From: Methylobacteriaceae bacterium
GTDB taxonomy: Bacteria; Pseudomonadota; Alphaproteobacteria; Rhizobiales; Beijerinckiaceae
Assembly: GCA_040380755.1 (NCBI GenBank)
Contig: JBEIIL010000001.1
Location: forward strand, 3,418-67,417
Direction: 5' to 3'
Length of the DNA stretch: 64,000 nt
The notes under the pieces were generated by a model. It was not told where the DNA came from. It made no database searches and saw only the letters and a list, made by a program, of their open reading frames with translations. This document shows, piece after piece, positions 10,904 through 21,100 of the stretch (positions within the stretch are counted from its first letter, which is position 1; every line of letters begins with the position of its first letter). The position numbers and the translations under genes are program-made.

Positions 10904-12880
10904 ATGACCTACTTGCCGCCAGTATCCGTCGCGTACGAGGAATCCGAGAACGACGGCACGAATCCGTCGTCCAACCCCACCATGGGCGAGCTGATCGCCG
11001 AGCGGTTCAGCCGCCGCGACATGCTGCGCGGCGCGCTCGCGGTCGCCGCTATCAGCGCCACCGCTTCCCCGCTCGCCATCGCCGCCGCCGACAAGGCCCG
11101 CGCGCAGGGCGCCAGCGTGACGCCGTCCTTCAACTTCAAGGAAGTCACAGCCGGTTCCGACGAGAAGCACTACGTCGCCGAGGGCTATGACGCCGACATC
11201 CTGATCCGCTGGGGTGACGCGGTGCTGCCGGATGCTCCGCCCTTCGACCCGCTGAAGCAGACCGCGGCGGCGCAGGAGAAGCAGTTCGGATACAACAACG
11301 ACTATCTCGGTTTCCTTCCGCTGTCGGGTCCTGACCACGGCCTCCTCGTCGTGAACCACGAGTACACGAACGAGGAACTGATGTTCCCGACGATTGGCCG
11401 CCAGGACACCAAGCAGGTGGCTTTCCGGGCGATGACGAGGGACCTCGTCGACATCGAGATGGCAGCCCATGGCGGGTCGGTGCTCGAGGTTCGCCGCACC
11501 GGCGGCAAGTGGGCCGTCGTCCCCAACTCACGTTACGCGCGCCGCATCACCGGCAACACGCCCATGGCGATCTCCGGCCCGGCCGCTGGCCATGACCGGA
11601 TGAAGACGTCCTACGATCCCGAGGGTCGCCGTGTCCTCGGCATGCTCAACAACTGCGCAGGCGGCCTGACCCCGTGGGGCACGTGGTTGTCCTGCGAGGA
11701 GAATTTCAACGGCTATTTCTGGGGCAAGGCCGACGGTCACCCCGAGGAGCGAAACCTGAAGCGCTACGGCGCGCCGGGCAACTGGTACAACTGGGGAGCA
11801 CACCACGCCCGGTTCGACGTGGCCAAGGAGCCGCACGAAGCCAACCGCTTCGGCTGGGTCGTCGAGATTGATCCGACGGACCCGAACTCTGTCCCGGTGA
11901 AGCGCACCGCCATGGGCCGCTTCAAGCACGAGGGTGCAGCTGGCATCGTCAATGCGGACGGCCGCTACGTGATCTACCAGGGTGACGACGAGCGGTTCGA
12001 CTATGTTTACCGCTTCGTCACCGAAGGACGGGTGGATCCGCAGAACCGCGGCGCCAACCGTGACTTGCTCGACCGCGGCACGCTGTCTGTGGCAAAATAC
12101 AATGCGGATGGCACAATGGAGTGGATGCCGCTGATTTTCGGGCAAGGTCCGCTGACTGAGGCGAACAGCTTCCGCAGCCAGGCCGACGTCCTAATTGAGA
12201 CGCGGCGGGCGGCAGACTTGCTTGGCGCAACCAAGATGGACCGGCCCGAGGACGTCGACGCGAATCCGAAGACCAACAAGGTCTATCTGATGCTCACGAA
12301 CAACACTCGCCGTCGCGCCGATCAGGTCGATCCGGCTAATCCGCGCGCAGACAATCGCTTCGGCCACATCGTCGAGATGATCCCGCCGAACGGCGACCAT
12401 GCGGCCAACAGCTTCAAATGGGAGATCCTCGTAAAGTGCGGCGACCCGTCGGTGGCCGCCGTGGGCGCAACCTTCAACCCCAGCACCACGAAGGACGGCT
12501 GGTTCGGCATGCCCGACAACTGCGCAGTCGATGCGCAGGGCCGTGTCTGGATCGCTACGGACGGCAATTCGCCGGCCAAGACCGGTCGCGCCGACGGCCT
12601 GTGGGGCATCGAGACGGAAGGTGTGGCGCGGGCGACCTCGAAACTGTTTTTCCGCTGCCCGAACGGCGCAGAATTGTGTGGGCCTTACTTTACGTCCGAC
12701 GATGAAACCCTGTTCGTCGCCATCCAGCACCCTGGCGAAGGTGACGAGGACGACCCCAAGGCGCCTCCGGCGACCTTCGAGACGCCCTCAACGCGGTGGC
12801 CTGACTTCCAGCCCGGTATGCCTCCGCGGCCGTCCATCGTCGTCATAACGAAGAAGGGCGGCGGCAAGATCGCCGTCTAA
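10904..12880 (+). CDS. phoX: PhoX-family alkaline phosphatase (DUF839) with Tat signal
   Basis: 658 aa (alternative GTG start at 10883). Tat motif FSRRDMLRGALAVAAISA followed by the long beta-propeller PhoX body (NHEYTNEELMF, GMLNNCAGG, RFKHEGA). Confidence 0.9.
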   Translation: MTYLPPVSVAYEESENDGTNPSSNPTMGELIAERFSRRDMLRGALAVAAISATASPLAIAAADKARAQGASVTPSFNFKEVTAGSDEKHYVAEGYDADILIRWGDAVLPDAPPFDPLKQTAAAQEKQFGYNNDYLGFLPLSGPDHGLLVVNHEYTNEELMFPTIGRQDTKQVAFRAMTRDLVDIEMAAHGGSVLEVRRTGGKWAVVPNSRYARRITGNTPMAISGPAAGHDRMKTSYDPEGRRVLGMLNNCAGGLTPWGTWLSCEENFNGYFWGKADGHPEERNLKRYGAPGNWYNWGAHHARFDVAKEPHEANRFGWVVEIDPTDPNSVPVKRTAMGRFKHEGAAGIVNADGRYVIYQGDDERFDYVYRFVTEGRVDPQNRGANRDLLDRGTLSVAKYNADGTMEWMPLIFGQGPLTEANSFRSQADVLIETRRAADLLGATKMDRPEDVDANPKTNKVYLMLTNNTRRRADQVDPANPRADNRFGHIVEMIPPNGDHAANSFKWEILVKCGDPSVAAVGATFNPSTTKDGWFGMPDNCAVDAQGRVWIATDGNSPAKTGRADGLWGIETEGVARATSKLFFRCPNGAELCGPYFTSDDETLFVAIQHPGEGDEDDPKAPPATFETPSTRWPDFQPGMPPRPSIVVITKKGGGKIAV

Positions 12881-12899
12881 ATCGAATTCGCATCCGAGC

Positions 12900-12937
12900 A
12901 GCGAGGCGGCGCCCGTGCGCCGCCTCGCTCCTTTTTG
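12900..12937 (+). terminator. Intrinsic terminator after phoX
   Basis: 13-bp perfect stem AGCGAGGCGGCGC-CCGT-GCGCCGCCTCGCT followed by CCTTTTTGG. Confidence 0.7.
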
Positions 12938-13073
12938 GCGACGTTGAGCGTTGCCTTCAGCTAAGGGCCTGCCTGGCCGCAGACCACTTGCGTTTCCGAT
13001 CCGTTCCCGCAACGCGGCTCCGCATGGCATGATTGAGGTCTGCGAATCAGCTAGCGTTAGGATCGGCTGCGGC

Positions 13074-15164
13074 ATGGCGGACACCGGTGATCTCTTTGGC
13101 GGCGGCGGCACCGCCCGCAAGCTGCCGGCGCGCGCGCCCGGCGACGCCGGCAAGGACGACAAGGCCAAGGCGGCGGCGCGGGCGCGGCCGGCGCTGGCCC
13201 CCGTCCCGGCCGGAACGCCCGGCGAGGCCGGCTATACGGCAGCCTCGATCGAAGTGCTGGAGGGGCTCGAGCCGGTGCGCCGGCGGCCCGGCATGTATAT
13301 CGGCGGCACCGACGAGAAGGCGCTGCACCACCTGTTTGCCGAGGTGATCGACAACGCCATGGATGAAGCCGTGGCGGGCCACGCCACTTTCATCGAAGTG
13401 CAGGTGTCGGAGGACGGGTCGATCACCGTCACCGACAATGGCCGCGGCATCCCTGTCGATCCGCACCCGAAGTTCCCGGACAAGTCGGCGCTCGAGGTCA
13501 TCATGACCACGCTGCACGCCGGTGGGAAGTTCGACAGCAAGGTCTACGAGACGTCGGGCGGCCTGCACGGCGTCGGCGTGTCGGTGGTCAACGCCCTGTC
13601 TGATCGGCTCGAGGTCGAGGTGGCGCGCGGCCAGCAGCTCTACCGGCAGGTGTTCTCCCGTGGGCTGCCTGTCGGACCGATGGAAATGCTGGGCGAGACC
13701 CGCAACCGCCGCGGCACCAAGGTCCGCTTCCATCCCGACGCCGAGATCTTCGGCGCCGAGGCGAGGTTCCAACCGCGCCGACTGTTCAAGATGGCGCGCT
13801 CCAAGGCCTATCTGTTCGGTGGGGTCGAAATCCGCTGGACCTGCGCGCCCGCCCTCCTGGAGGGCCAGGAGGACATTCCGGCCGAGGCCGTGTTCCGGTT
13901 CCCGGCAGGCCTGAAGGACTATCTGGCACGCGAGATCGAGGGGCGCGAGCTCGTCACCGACCAGATCTTCTCTGGCAAGATCGAGAAGCCAGGCGGGCAT
14001 GGATCGCTCGAATGGGCCATCAGCTGGCTCGGCGGGGTCGAGGACGGCTTCGTCCACTCCTACTGCAACACGATCCCGACGCCCGAGGGCGGCACCCATG
14101 AGTCGGGGCTGCGCATCGCCCTGCTGCGCGCCCTGAAGGACCATGCCGAACGCGTCGGCCAGACCAAGCGCGTCGCCGCGGTGACGACCGACGACGTGAT
14201 GGTGACGTGTGCGGCGATGCTGTCGGTGTTCATCCGCGAGCCGGAGTTCCAGGGACAGACCAAGGACAAGCTCGCCACGCTGGAGGCCTCGCGGATCGTC
14301 GAATCGGCGCTGCGCGACGCCTTCGACCACTGGCTGGCCGCCTCCCCGTCCCAGGCCAACAAGCTGCTCGACTGGACCATCGACCGGGCCGACGAGCGAT
14401 TGCGGCGACGGGCCGAGAAGGAGGTCGCGCGCAAGACCGCGGTGCGCAAGCTGCGCCTGCCCGGCAAGCTCGCCGACTGCACCGCCGCCGGCGCGGCGGG
14501 GTCAGAGCTGTTCATCGTCGAGGGCGACTCCGCCGGCGGCTCGGCCAAGCAGGCGCGCGATCGCCAGACCCAGGCCGTGCTGCCGCTGCGCGGCAAGATC
14601 CTCAACGTCGCCAATGCGACGCGTGACAAGCTTGCCGCCAACCAGCAGCTGGCCGACCTGGTGCAGGCGCTGGGCTGCGGCACCGGCGGGCACTATCGGG
14701 ACGAGGAACTCCGGTACGAGAAGGTGGTGATCATGACGGACGCCGACGTCGACGGCGCCCACATTGCCTCGCTGCTGATCACCTTCTTCTTCCGCCAGAC
14801 GCCGCGGCTGATCGAGAACGGCCATCTCTATCTGGCGGTGCCGCCGCTCTATCGCCTCAGCCATGGCGGCAAGACCGTCTATGCCCGCGACGACGGCCAC
14901 AAGGACGAGCTGATGCGCTCGGTGTTCAAGGGCAAGACGCCCGAGATCGGCCGGTTCAAGGGCCTTGGCGAGATGATGCCAGCCCAGCTGAAGGAGACCA
15001 CCATGGACCCGAAGCGGCGGACGCTGCTCAAGGTCGAGGTGGTCAACGACATGCGGCCGGCGACGGTCGATGCGGTCGAGCGGCTGATGGGCAACCGGCC
15101 CGAGGCGCGGTTCGCCTTCATCCAGGAGCGCGCCGCCTTTGCGACCGATCTTGTCGATCTTTGA
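13074..15164 (+). CDS. parE: DNA topoisomerase IV subunit B
   Basis: GHKL/Toprim motifs [46 protein letters not shown] and [11 protein letters not shown]. The alphaproteobacterial N-terminal extension starts at MADTGDLF. Confidence 0.93.
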   Translation: MADTGDLFGGGGTARKLPARAPGDAGKDDKAKAAARARPALAPVPAGTPGEAGYTAASIEVLEGLEPVRRRPGMYIGGTDEKALHHLFAEVIDNAMDEAVAGHATFIEVQVSEDGSITVTDNGRGIPVDPHPKFPDKSALEVIMTTLHAGGKFDSKVYETSGGLHGVGVSVVNALSDRLEVEVARGQQLYRQVFSRGLPVGPMEMLGETRNRRGTKVRFHPDAEIFGAEARFQPRRLFKMARSKAYLFGGVEIRWTCAPALLEGQEDIPAEAVFRFPAGLKDYLAREIEGRELVTDQIFSGKIEKPGGHGSLEWAISWLGGVEDGFVHSYCNTIPTPEGGTHESGLRIALLRALKDHAERVGQTKRVAAVTTDDVMVTCAAMLSVFIREPEFQGQTKDKLATLEASRIVESALRDAFDHWLAASPSQANKLLDWTIDRADERLRRRAEKEVARKTAVRKLRLPGKLADCTAAGAAGSELFIVEGDSAGGSAKQARDRQTQAVLPLRGKILNVANATRDKLAANQQLADLVQALGCGTGGHYRDEELRYEKVVIMTDADVDGAHIASLLITFFFRQTPRLIENGHLYLAVPPLYRLSHGGKTVYARDDGHKDELMRSVFKGKTPEIGRFKGLGEMMPAQLKETTMDPKRRTLLKVEVVNDMRPATVDAVERLMGNRPEARFAFIQERAAFATDLVDL

Positions 15165-15275
15165 TCCACGGCAAGGCGGTCTTGGCCGGAAAGCTTACCG
15201 TTCCGTTATCTCGCCGACAGGCTGGTGTCATCGACACCGGCCCATGATCGGTGGATCGGCTTCGAGGAACTGGGC

Positions 15276-15815
15276 ATGACCGGCACCGCAATCCAGGCGC
15301 GCTATGACGCAACCGCCCGCTTCTTCCACTGGAGCATGACCGGACTGATCACCGTCGTGTTCGCCATGTCGTTTGCTTTCGACGCGGTGCCGAAGGCCAG
15401 CGAGTACGTGCTCCTTCAGCTGCACATGATCGCAGGCCTGCTGATCCTGGCCCTCTACGCTGCCAGACTTGCGTGGCGGATCACCCACCGGCCGCCGCCT
15501 GCCGATCCGCAGGTGGGTCCGCTGATGACGCGCGTCGCCGGCCTCGGCCACCTTGCGCTGTATGTCCTGATGCTGGCCGTCCCGCTGATCGGCCTCGCGG
15601 TGATCTTCCTGCGCGGCCGCGGGATCGATTTCGGGGTGTTCGCGATCCCCTCCCCGCTGACTGCGGACCGGCCGGCGGCGCGATCGGCCAAGGAACTGCA
15701 CGAACTGCTGGCCTGGGGCCTCATGGTGCTGGCGGCCGGCCACGCAGCTGTGGCGATCTGGCATCACCGGGTGCGGCGCGACGGCGTTCTGCTGCGCATG
15801 ATGCCAAGCTCCTGA
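15276..15815 (+). CDS. Cytochrome b561-family protein
   Basis: Four-TM protein with RFFHWSMTGL and later His residues typical of CybB/b561. Start chosen at MTGTAIQ. Confidence 0.8.
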   Translation: MTGTAIQARYDATARFFHWSMTGLITVVFAMSFAFDAVPKASEYVLLQLHMIAGLLILALYAARLAWRITHRPPPADPQVGPLMTRVAGLGHLALYVLMLAVPLIGLAVIFLRGRGIDFGVFAIPSPLTADRPAARSAKELHELLAWGLMVLAAGHAAVAIWHHRVRRDGVLLRMMPSS

Positions 15816-15877
15816 CAAGCAGACGTTAACCATCTCGGTCGCATGATCCCTACAGGTCAGGCGACTGGGATACTGCA

Positions 15878-16138
15878 ATGACGGCGACGGCCATTTTCGA
15901 CTCGATGCTGATGCGCACCATGGCCAGCGCCTGCATCATCGTCGCGGTGACGGTCGCGGCAGGCCAGTGGCTGGCCACGGCACGGCCGGTCGACCGGATC
16001 GTCGTCGCGTCGCAGACCCGGCCGGTCAAGCAATCGATCGAAGGCATCCGCTCGATCCTCGACCCCAGCACCACCGGCTCGCTCGGGCGCGGCCGCGCGG
16101 TGTCGCTGGACCCGTGCACCGGCGAGGTCCGGCGCTAG
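15878..16138 (+). CDS. Hypothetical small membrane-anchored protein
   Basis: 86-aa ORF with strong third-position GC bias and one N-terminal TM (ASACIIVAVTVAAG). No family recognised. Confidence 0.45.
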   Translation: MTATAIFDSMLMRTMASACIIVAVTVAAGQWLATARPVDRIVVASQTRPVKQSIEGIRSILDPSTTGSLGRGRAVSLDPCTGEVRR

Positions 16139-16237
16139 AGCGGAAACCGACCCGATCGCACCAGATTATCCGCTATTGCCCATTGATCCCGCATCATATT
16201 TGTCCGCCGACCGGTACCTGCCAGGCGGGATGATGCT

Positions 16238-16936
16238 TTAGCCAAGCCAGCCTTCCACGGCCACGAGAGCCTCGGCGGGACACTCCAGCGTTGGTAGATG
16301 GCCACAGAGCGGCACCCGCACGAGCCTTGCCGAACGGATTGAGTCTGCCATTTCGGCCGCGAGCTCCGGCGGTGTGATTGCATCCTCCTCCCCCACCAGA
16401 ACCAGGGTCGGAACCTGGATGGCCGACAGGAACGGGCGCGAATCCATCCGACCCATGATGGCGGCTTGTTGCCTTGCAAAAGCCTCCGCCCCCGTCGCCC
16501 GCGCCATTCCGAGAACCATGGCATCGAGCCGGGCGTCCGCCCATCGCGAGGGATGCACCAGGCGCGGCCACAGCTGCCGGTGGATCTCGTCGACCGCTGC
16601 AGGACCAGCTTCGGCGAGGTGGATGAGATCGCGACGGCGCTGGCTCGCGGCATCGCTATCGGGCCTCGCAGACGTGTCGAGCAGCGCAAGACGCGTAACC
16701 CTGGCGGGAGCCAGGCGCATGATCTCCAGTGCCACATAGCCACCCATCGACAGACCCGCGAGGGCAAAGCGCGCCGGCGCCGCGGCCAGGGCACGACCGG
16801 CCATCAACGCAATCGTGGCATCGCTCGCAACATCAGCCACGGTGACCGGAATTCGGGGCGACAGGACGTCGATCAGTGGTGCAAAAAGGTCCCCTGTGCA
16901 GTTCAAGCCGGGCACGAGCAGGAGCGGTTCGGGCAT
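16238..16936 (-). CDS. Alpha/beta hydrolase
   Basis: 232 aa with nucleophile elbow GLSMGG and C-terminal CGHLPTLE (catalytic His region). Confidence 0.8.
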   Translation of the reverse strand: MPEPLLLVPGLNCTGDLFAPLIDVLSPRIPVTVADVASDATIALMAGRALAAAPARFALAGLSMGGYVALEIMRLAPARVTRLALLDTSARPDSDAASQRRRDLIHLAEAGPAAVDEIHRQLWPRLVHPSRWADARLDAMVLGMARATGAEAFARQQAAIMGRMDSRPFLSAIQVPTLVLVGEEDAITPPELAAEMADSIRSARLVRVPLCGHLPTLECPAEALVAVEGWLG

Positions 16937-17131
16937 GTGGTCGTCCAGGACTTCGACCCACGTGCAAACGCGGGCGGCACGAATAGCGAATTGACTTGAC
17001 TCGGAATTCCCCTATTTTCCGCGCTGCCCGCGAAGGTTCGGCCGACGATTGTCATCGACGCGTCTTATCCGGCCGCCTTCCTCTAACGCGAATGAGCGTC
17101 GAACAGCCGCGCCGAGAGGCGGCATCACACG

Positions 17132-18619
17132 ATGAATTTTTCTGACCTTGGCCTGAGCGAAAAAGTCCTCGAGGCGGTAACGACCTCCGGGTACACGCAG
17201 CCGACTCCGATCCAGGAGCAGGCGATCCCGCATGTGCTGGAGCGCCGCGACGTGCTTGGCATCGCCCAGACCGGCACCGGCAAGACGGCGGCGTTCACGC
17301 TGCCGATGCTGACCCTGCTGGAGCAGGGTCGTGCCCGCGCGCGGATGCCCCGTACGCTGATCCTCGAGCCGACGCGCGAACTCGCCGCCCAGGTCGAGGA
17401 AGCGTTCCTGAAGTACGGCGCAGGGCAGCGGTTGAGTGTCGCGCTGCTGATCGGCGGCATGTCGTTCAACGACCAGGACGTGAAGATCACCCGCGGCGTC
17501 GACGTGCTGATCGCTACGCCCGGCCGCCTTCTCGACCATTTCGAGCGCGGCAAGCTGCTGCTCACCGGCATCGAGATCCTCGTCATCGACGAGGCCGACC
17601 GGATGCTCGACATGGGATTCATTCCCGACATCGAGCGCATCTGCCGCCTCGTGCCGTTCACGCGTCAAACGCTGTTCTTCTCGGCGACGATGCCGCCGGA
17701 GATCCAGCGGCTCACGGAAACCTTCCTGCACAACCCGGCCCGCATCGAGGTGGCCCGCCAGGCGTCGACCGCCGCGACGATTACGCAACGGCTGGTCGCC
17801 GCCGGATCCGACCAGGCCGACAAGCGCGACGTGTTGCGCAACCTGATCCGCTCGACGCCGGACTTCAAGAACGCCATTATCTTCTGCAACCGCAAGCGCG
17901 ACGTGCAGACACTCTGGAAGTCCTTGCAAAAGCACGGATTCAGCGTCACGGCCCTGCATGGTGACCTCGACCAGCGGGCCCGCATGGCAGCACTGGAGAG
18001 CTTCCGCAACGGATCGATCCAGCTGCTTGTCGCCAGCGACGTGGCGGCCCGTGGCCTCGACATTCCCGATGTCAGCCATGTGTTCAATTTCGACGTGCCG
18101 CACCATGCCGAGGACTATGTCCACCGCATTGGCCGCACCGGCCGCGCCGGACGCAAGGGCACGGCTTACACGCTGGTCACGTCGGAGGACCGCAAGTCGC
18201 TCGCGGCCGTCGAGCAGATGATCGGCAACAGCCTGAACTGGGAAGGCGCACCCACAGTGGCTGAAGCAGACGGACCGCGCGCGTCGCGCAGTGGTGGCCG
18301 CCGTGCGGCCGGCGCTGCTGACAAGAGCGCCCGCGGCCGCACCGGAACGGCAAAGCTTCGCGGTGGCGACAAGGCCGAACGCGGCGAGGCCGATGCACCT
18401 GCACCCGACGAGGCCACTGTGCCCGCACGTCTGACGCGTGCGCGCCGCCCCGAACCGGCTGCCCCGGAACAGGCGCGTGAGCGACGGCCTGAAGCCGCCG
18501 CCGAGCCGCGCCGCGAGAGGGCCGCACGGCCGCCGCGCGAGGAGCGTGACGAGGCCCCCGTCGTAGGGCTCGGAGACCACGTCCCGTCCTTCTTGCTGCG
18601 ATCAGTTCGGGTGCGTTAA
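17132..18619 (+). CDS. rhlE: DEAD-box ATP-dependent RNA helicase (RhlE-like) with Arg-rich C-terminal tail
   Basis: Q motif, AQTGTGKT, PTRELA, DEAD, SAT and HRIGRTGRAG motifs. Confidence 0.93.
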   Translation: MNFSDLGLSEKVLEAVTTSGYTQPTPIQEQAIPHVLERRDVLGIAQTGTGKTAAFTLPMLTLLEQGRARARMPRTLILEPTRELAAQVEEAFLKYGAGQRLSVALLIGGMSFNDQDVKITRGVDVLIATPGRLLDHFERGKLLLTGIEILVIDEADRMLDMGFIPDIERICRLVPFTRQTLFFSATMPPEIQRLTETFLHNPARIEVARQASTAATITQRLVAAGSDQADKRDVLRNLIRSTPDFKNAIIFCNRKRDVQTLWKSLQKHGFSVTALHGDLDQRARMAALESFRNGSIQLLVASDVAARGLDIPDVSHVFNFDVPHHAEDYVHRIGRTGRAGRKGTAYTLVTSEDRKSLAAVEQMIGNSLNWEGAPTVAEADGPRASRSGGRRAAGAADKSARGRTGTAKLRGGDKAERGEADAPAPDEATVPARLTRARRPEPAAPEQARERRPEAAAEPRRERAARPPREERDEAPVVGLGDHVPSFLLRSVRVR

Positions 18620-18642
18620 GTCGGCGCGTGATCTTTGCGCAG

Positions 18643-18657
18643 TTAATTGGCCATTAA
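18643..18657. promoter_or_regulatory. CtrA-type box TTAA-N7-TTAA upstream of the diguanylate cyclase gene
   Basis: TTAATTGGCCATTAA read directly, about 50 nt upstream of ATG 18707. It matches the alphaproteobacterial CtrA consensus TTAA-N7-TTAA(C). Confidence 0.35.
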
Positions 18658-18706
18658 GCGGCCCGTGGCACTCTCGTCCGCATCAAAGCATGTGGAGAAT
18701 ACGCAG

Positions 18707-19768
18707 ATGGCTGGAAACGTGCCGGATCGCGATTACAGCGTGAAACTGGCCGAGGAAGCTGTCGGCCAGATGCGGACACATCACGCACCTGGCTATCCCA
18801 AATCCTATGAAGTCTGGTACACGCACCTTGCGGGCCAGAATCCGGGCCTTAGCCGCGCTATCGCCGACATTCTCAGTCGCGGCGTCGAGATCAGCGAAAG
18901 CGCGATCGAGCAGCTTTACGACAAGTTCCTGTGCTCGACTCGTGTTGCCGAGAATGCCGAGCAGGCCAGCATTGGCATGATCCAAGAGATCGACAAGGTC
19001 ATGGAGATGGTCGATGCCGCGCTCGGCTCGACCGCGAATTACGGCAATTCGCTTGAAGAAATCACCGCAGATCTCGATGGCAATTCCGATCGCGGCAACA
19101 TCCGCGACCTGGTGAGCCGGCTGGTGAGTGCGACCCGCGAGACCGTCGCGACGAACCGCTCGCTGGAAACCCGCCTCAAGGAAACCCGCGGCGAGATCCA
19201 GGACCTTCGCGAAAATCTCGAGGTTATCCGTACCGAATCGCTGACCGACCCGCTGACCACGCTGGCCAACCGCAAGCATCTCGATGCGGTACTGCTGAAG
19301 ACGATCGACCAGTCCACGCTCACCGGCGAGCCGCTGACCGTGATGATGATCGATGTCGACAAGTTCAAGGTGTTCAACGACACGTGGGGGCATCTCACTG
19401 GCGACCAGGTGCTGCGCCTCGTCGCCCTGTCGATCAAGGGTGCGGTGCGGCCGACCGACACCGCAGCCCGCTTCGGCGGCGAAGAATTCGCGATCGTGAT
19501 GCCGCAGTCGTCGCTGAAGTCCGGGACCCTTGTGGCCGAGCGTATTCGCCAGACGGTCATGAGCCGCGAACTGGTGAAGCGGTCGACCGGCGAGGCGCTC
19601 GGGCGCCTGACGGTGTCGATCGGCATTGCCACCCTGCAGAAGGGCGACACGGCGTCGCTGCTGGTGGAGCGGGCCGACAAGTGCCTCCTGGTTGCCAAGC
19701 GGACCGGCCGCAACAAGTGCGTGTCAGAAGCCGATGTGGCCCCCGAAGAACTTGCCAAGGTGGCCTGA
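18707..19768 (+). CDS. Diguanylate cyclase (GGDEF domain) with N-terminal coiled-coil sensor region
   Basis: C-terminal GGDEF domain with RFGGEEFAIVMP. Start at MAGNVPD preceded by GGAGA (upstream alternative at 18647). Confidence 0.88.
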   Translation: MAGNVPDRDYSVKLAEEAVGQMRTHHAPGYPKSYEVWYTHLAGQNPGLSRAIADILSRGVEISESAIEQLYDKFLCSTRVAENAEQASIGMIQEIDKVMEMVDAALGSTANYGNSLEEITADLDGNSDRGNIRDLVSRLVSATRETVATNRSLETRLKETRGEIQDLRENLEVIRTESLTDPLTTLANRKHLDAVLLKTIDQSTLTGEPLTVMMIDVDKFKVFNDTWGHLTGDQVLRLVALSIKGAVRPTDTAARFGGEEFAIVMPQSSLKSGTLVAERIRQTVMSRELVKRSTGEALGRLTVSIGIATLQKGDTASLLVERADKCLLVAKRTGRNKCVSEADVAPEELAKVA

Positions 19769-19935
19769 GGCATCCTCAGGCCTTGGCCAAGAGCCGAGCG
19801 CGGATGGTCCGGGCCTGAGCGATCGCGCAGCCCGAACGGCCATCCGGTTCGCCCGGGCTTCGAAATTCCCCTTTACGCCAGTTCCGCAGGAACCGTGCGT
19901 GGTTGAGGCAGACCCCTGCCCTCAGGCCCTGGCCC

Positions 19936-19957
19936 ACCCCTGCCTGCAGGCAGGGGT
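19936..19957. repeat. Perfect 22-bp palindrome ACCCCTGCCTGCAGGCAGGGGT
   Basis: Read directly. Lies 5 nt beyond the stop of the HesB/IscA gene in the convergent spacer with the GGDEF gene. No U-tract on either strand. Confidence 0.9.
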
Positions 19958-19962
19958 TGAGC

Positions 19963-20343
19963 TCAGGCGCGGGCCAGATCCTCGGGCCGAGCCGGCGTCA
20001 GCGCCACCGACTCGCCGCAACCGCAGGCGGATGTCTGGTTCGGGTTGTTGAACGCGAACTGGGACGCGAGCTTCGACGTCTTGAAATCCATCTCGGTGCC
20101 GAGCAGGAACAGGACCGCCTTCGGTTCGACCAGAATGGTAACGCCCCGATCCTCGACGACCTCGTCGCCGGGCCGGACCGAATCCGCATAGTCCATGGTG
20201 TAGGACATGCCCGCGCAGCCGCCGTTACGCACGCCGACGCGCACCCCGACAATCGGCGTCTCCGACTGATCGATGATCGCCTTCACCCGCGTGGCGGCGG
20301 CCTCGGTGATCGACATCACCTTCAGCTTCGGCATGGAACCCAT
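19963..20343 (-). CDS. HesB/IscA-family iron-sulfur cluster insertion protein (ErpA-like)
   Basis: 126 aa starting MGSMPKLKVMSITEAAATRVKAII with RBS GGAGGAGA. Contains GGCAG and C-terminal CGCGES motifs. The long upstream part of ORF 19963..20799 is an out-of-frame artefact. Confidence 0.88.
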   Translation of the reverse strand: MGSMPKLKVMSITEAAATRVKAIIDQSETPIVGVRVGVRNGGCAGMSYTMDYADSVRPGDEVVEDRGVTILVEPKAVLFLLGTEMDFKTSKLASQFAFNNPNQTSACGCGESVALTPARPEDLARA

Positions 20344-20472
20344 CGTAGCGTCTCCTCCACAGCCGGGTTCAAGGCCCGGGGCAGGTGCATCAGCGTACTG
20401 TAACAACGATTGAGGTCCTGTGAAGACCATGTGCGAGGCCGGTGACCCCGGCAGCCCCTGCGGAGGCCGGCG

Positions 20473-21099
20473 ATGCTCGATTATTTCACCTCGGCATTGG
20501 TGACGCTGCTGGTCACGGTTGATCCGCCCGGGCTGGCGCCACTGTTTCTCGGCGTGACCCCGGGCATGTCCAAAGCCGAGCGGCGACAGGTCGCCATAAG
20601 GGCGGTCATCATCGCTTTCGCGATCATGGCGGCCTCTGGCCTCGTCGGGGCGCAGCTGCTCGGCGCTTTGGGCATCGGGCTGCCGGCCTTCCGCACGGCC
20701 GGCGGCCTGCTGCTGTTCTGGATCGCGTTCGAGATGGTGTTTGGGCGCCGCAACGACCGCAAGAGCGAGCAGGCAACCACGGCGATCACCATCGACCACA
20801 TTCGCAATGTCGCGGCCTTTCCGCTGGCGATCCCACTGATGGCGGGCCCGGGCGCGCTGACCGCCACGATCCTGCTCGCCGGCCGCGCCGAAGGCGATCT
20901 GCTTCGGCTCGCCGTGCTGATGGCGGTCATCGCCGGGGTGATGCTGTCGTGCCTTCTGGTCTTCCTGGCCGCGGGTCGGATCTCCGGCTGGCTCGGCGTC
21001 ACCGGCAATGTGGTGCTCACCCGCCTGCTCGGCGTGATCCTGGCGGCACTTGCCGTGCAGTTCGTCGCCGATGGCGTGCGCGCCATCGTGGCTGGCTGA
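20473..21099 (+). CDS. MarC-family (UPF0056) membrane protein
   Basis: 208-aa multi-TM protein with the typical MarC N-terminus MLDYFTSALVTLLVTVDPPGLAPLFL. Confidence 0.85.
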   Translation: MLDYFTSALVTLLVTVDPPGLAPLFLGVTPGMSKAERRQVAIRAVIIAFAIMAASGLVGAQLLGALGIGLPAFRTAGGLLLFWIAFEMVFGRRNDRKSEQATTAITIDHIRNVAAFPLAIPLMAGPGALTATILLAGRAEGDLLRLAVLMAVIAGVMLSCLLVFLAAGRISGWLGVTGNVVLTRLLGVILAALAVQFVADGVRAIVAG

Positions 21100-21100
21100 C

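Noticed and set aside
16991-17018. Sigma-70-like promoter TTGACT-N16-TATTTT about 115 nt upstream of rhlE.
   Set aside because: It is plausible but unsupported by anything other than a hexamer match. Alphaproteobacterial promoters are too degenerate to call from sequence alone.
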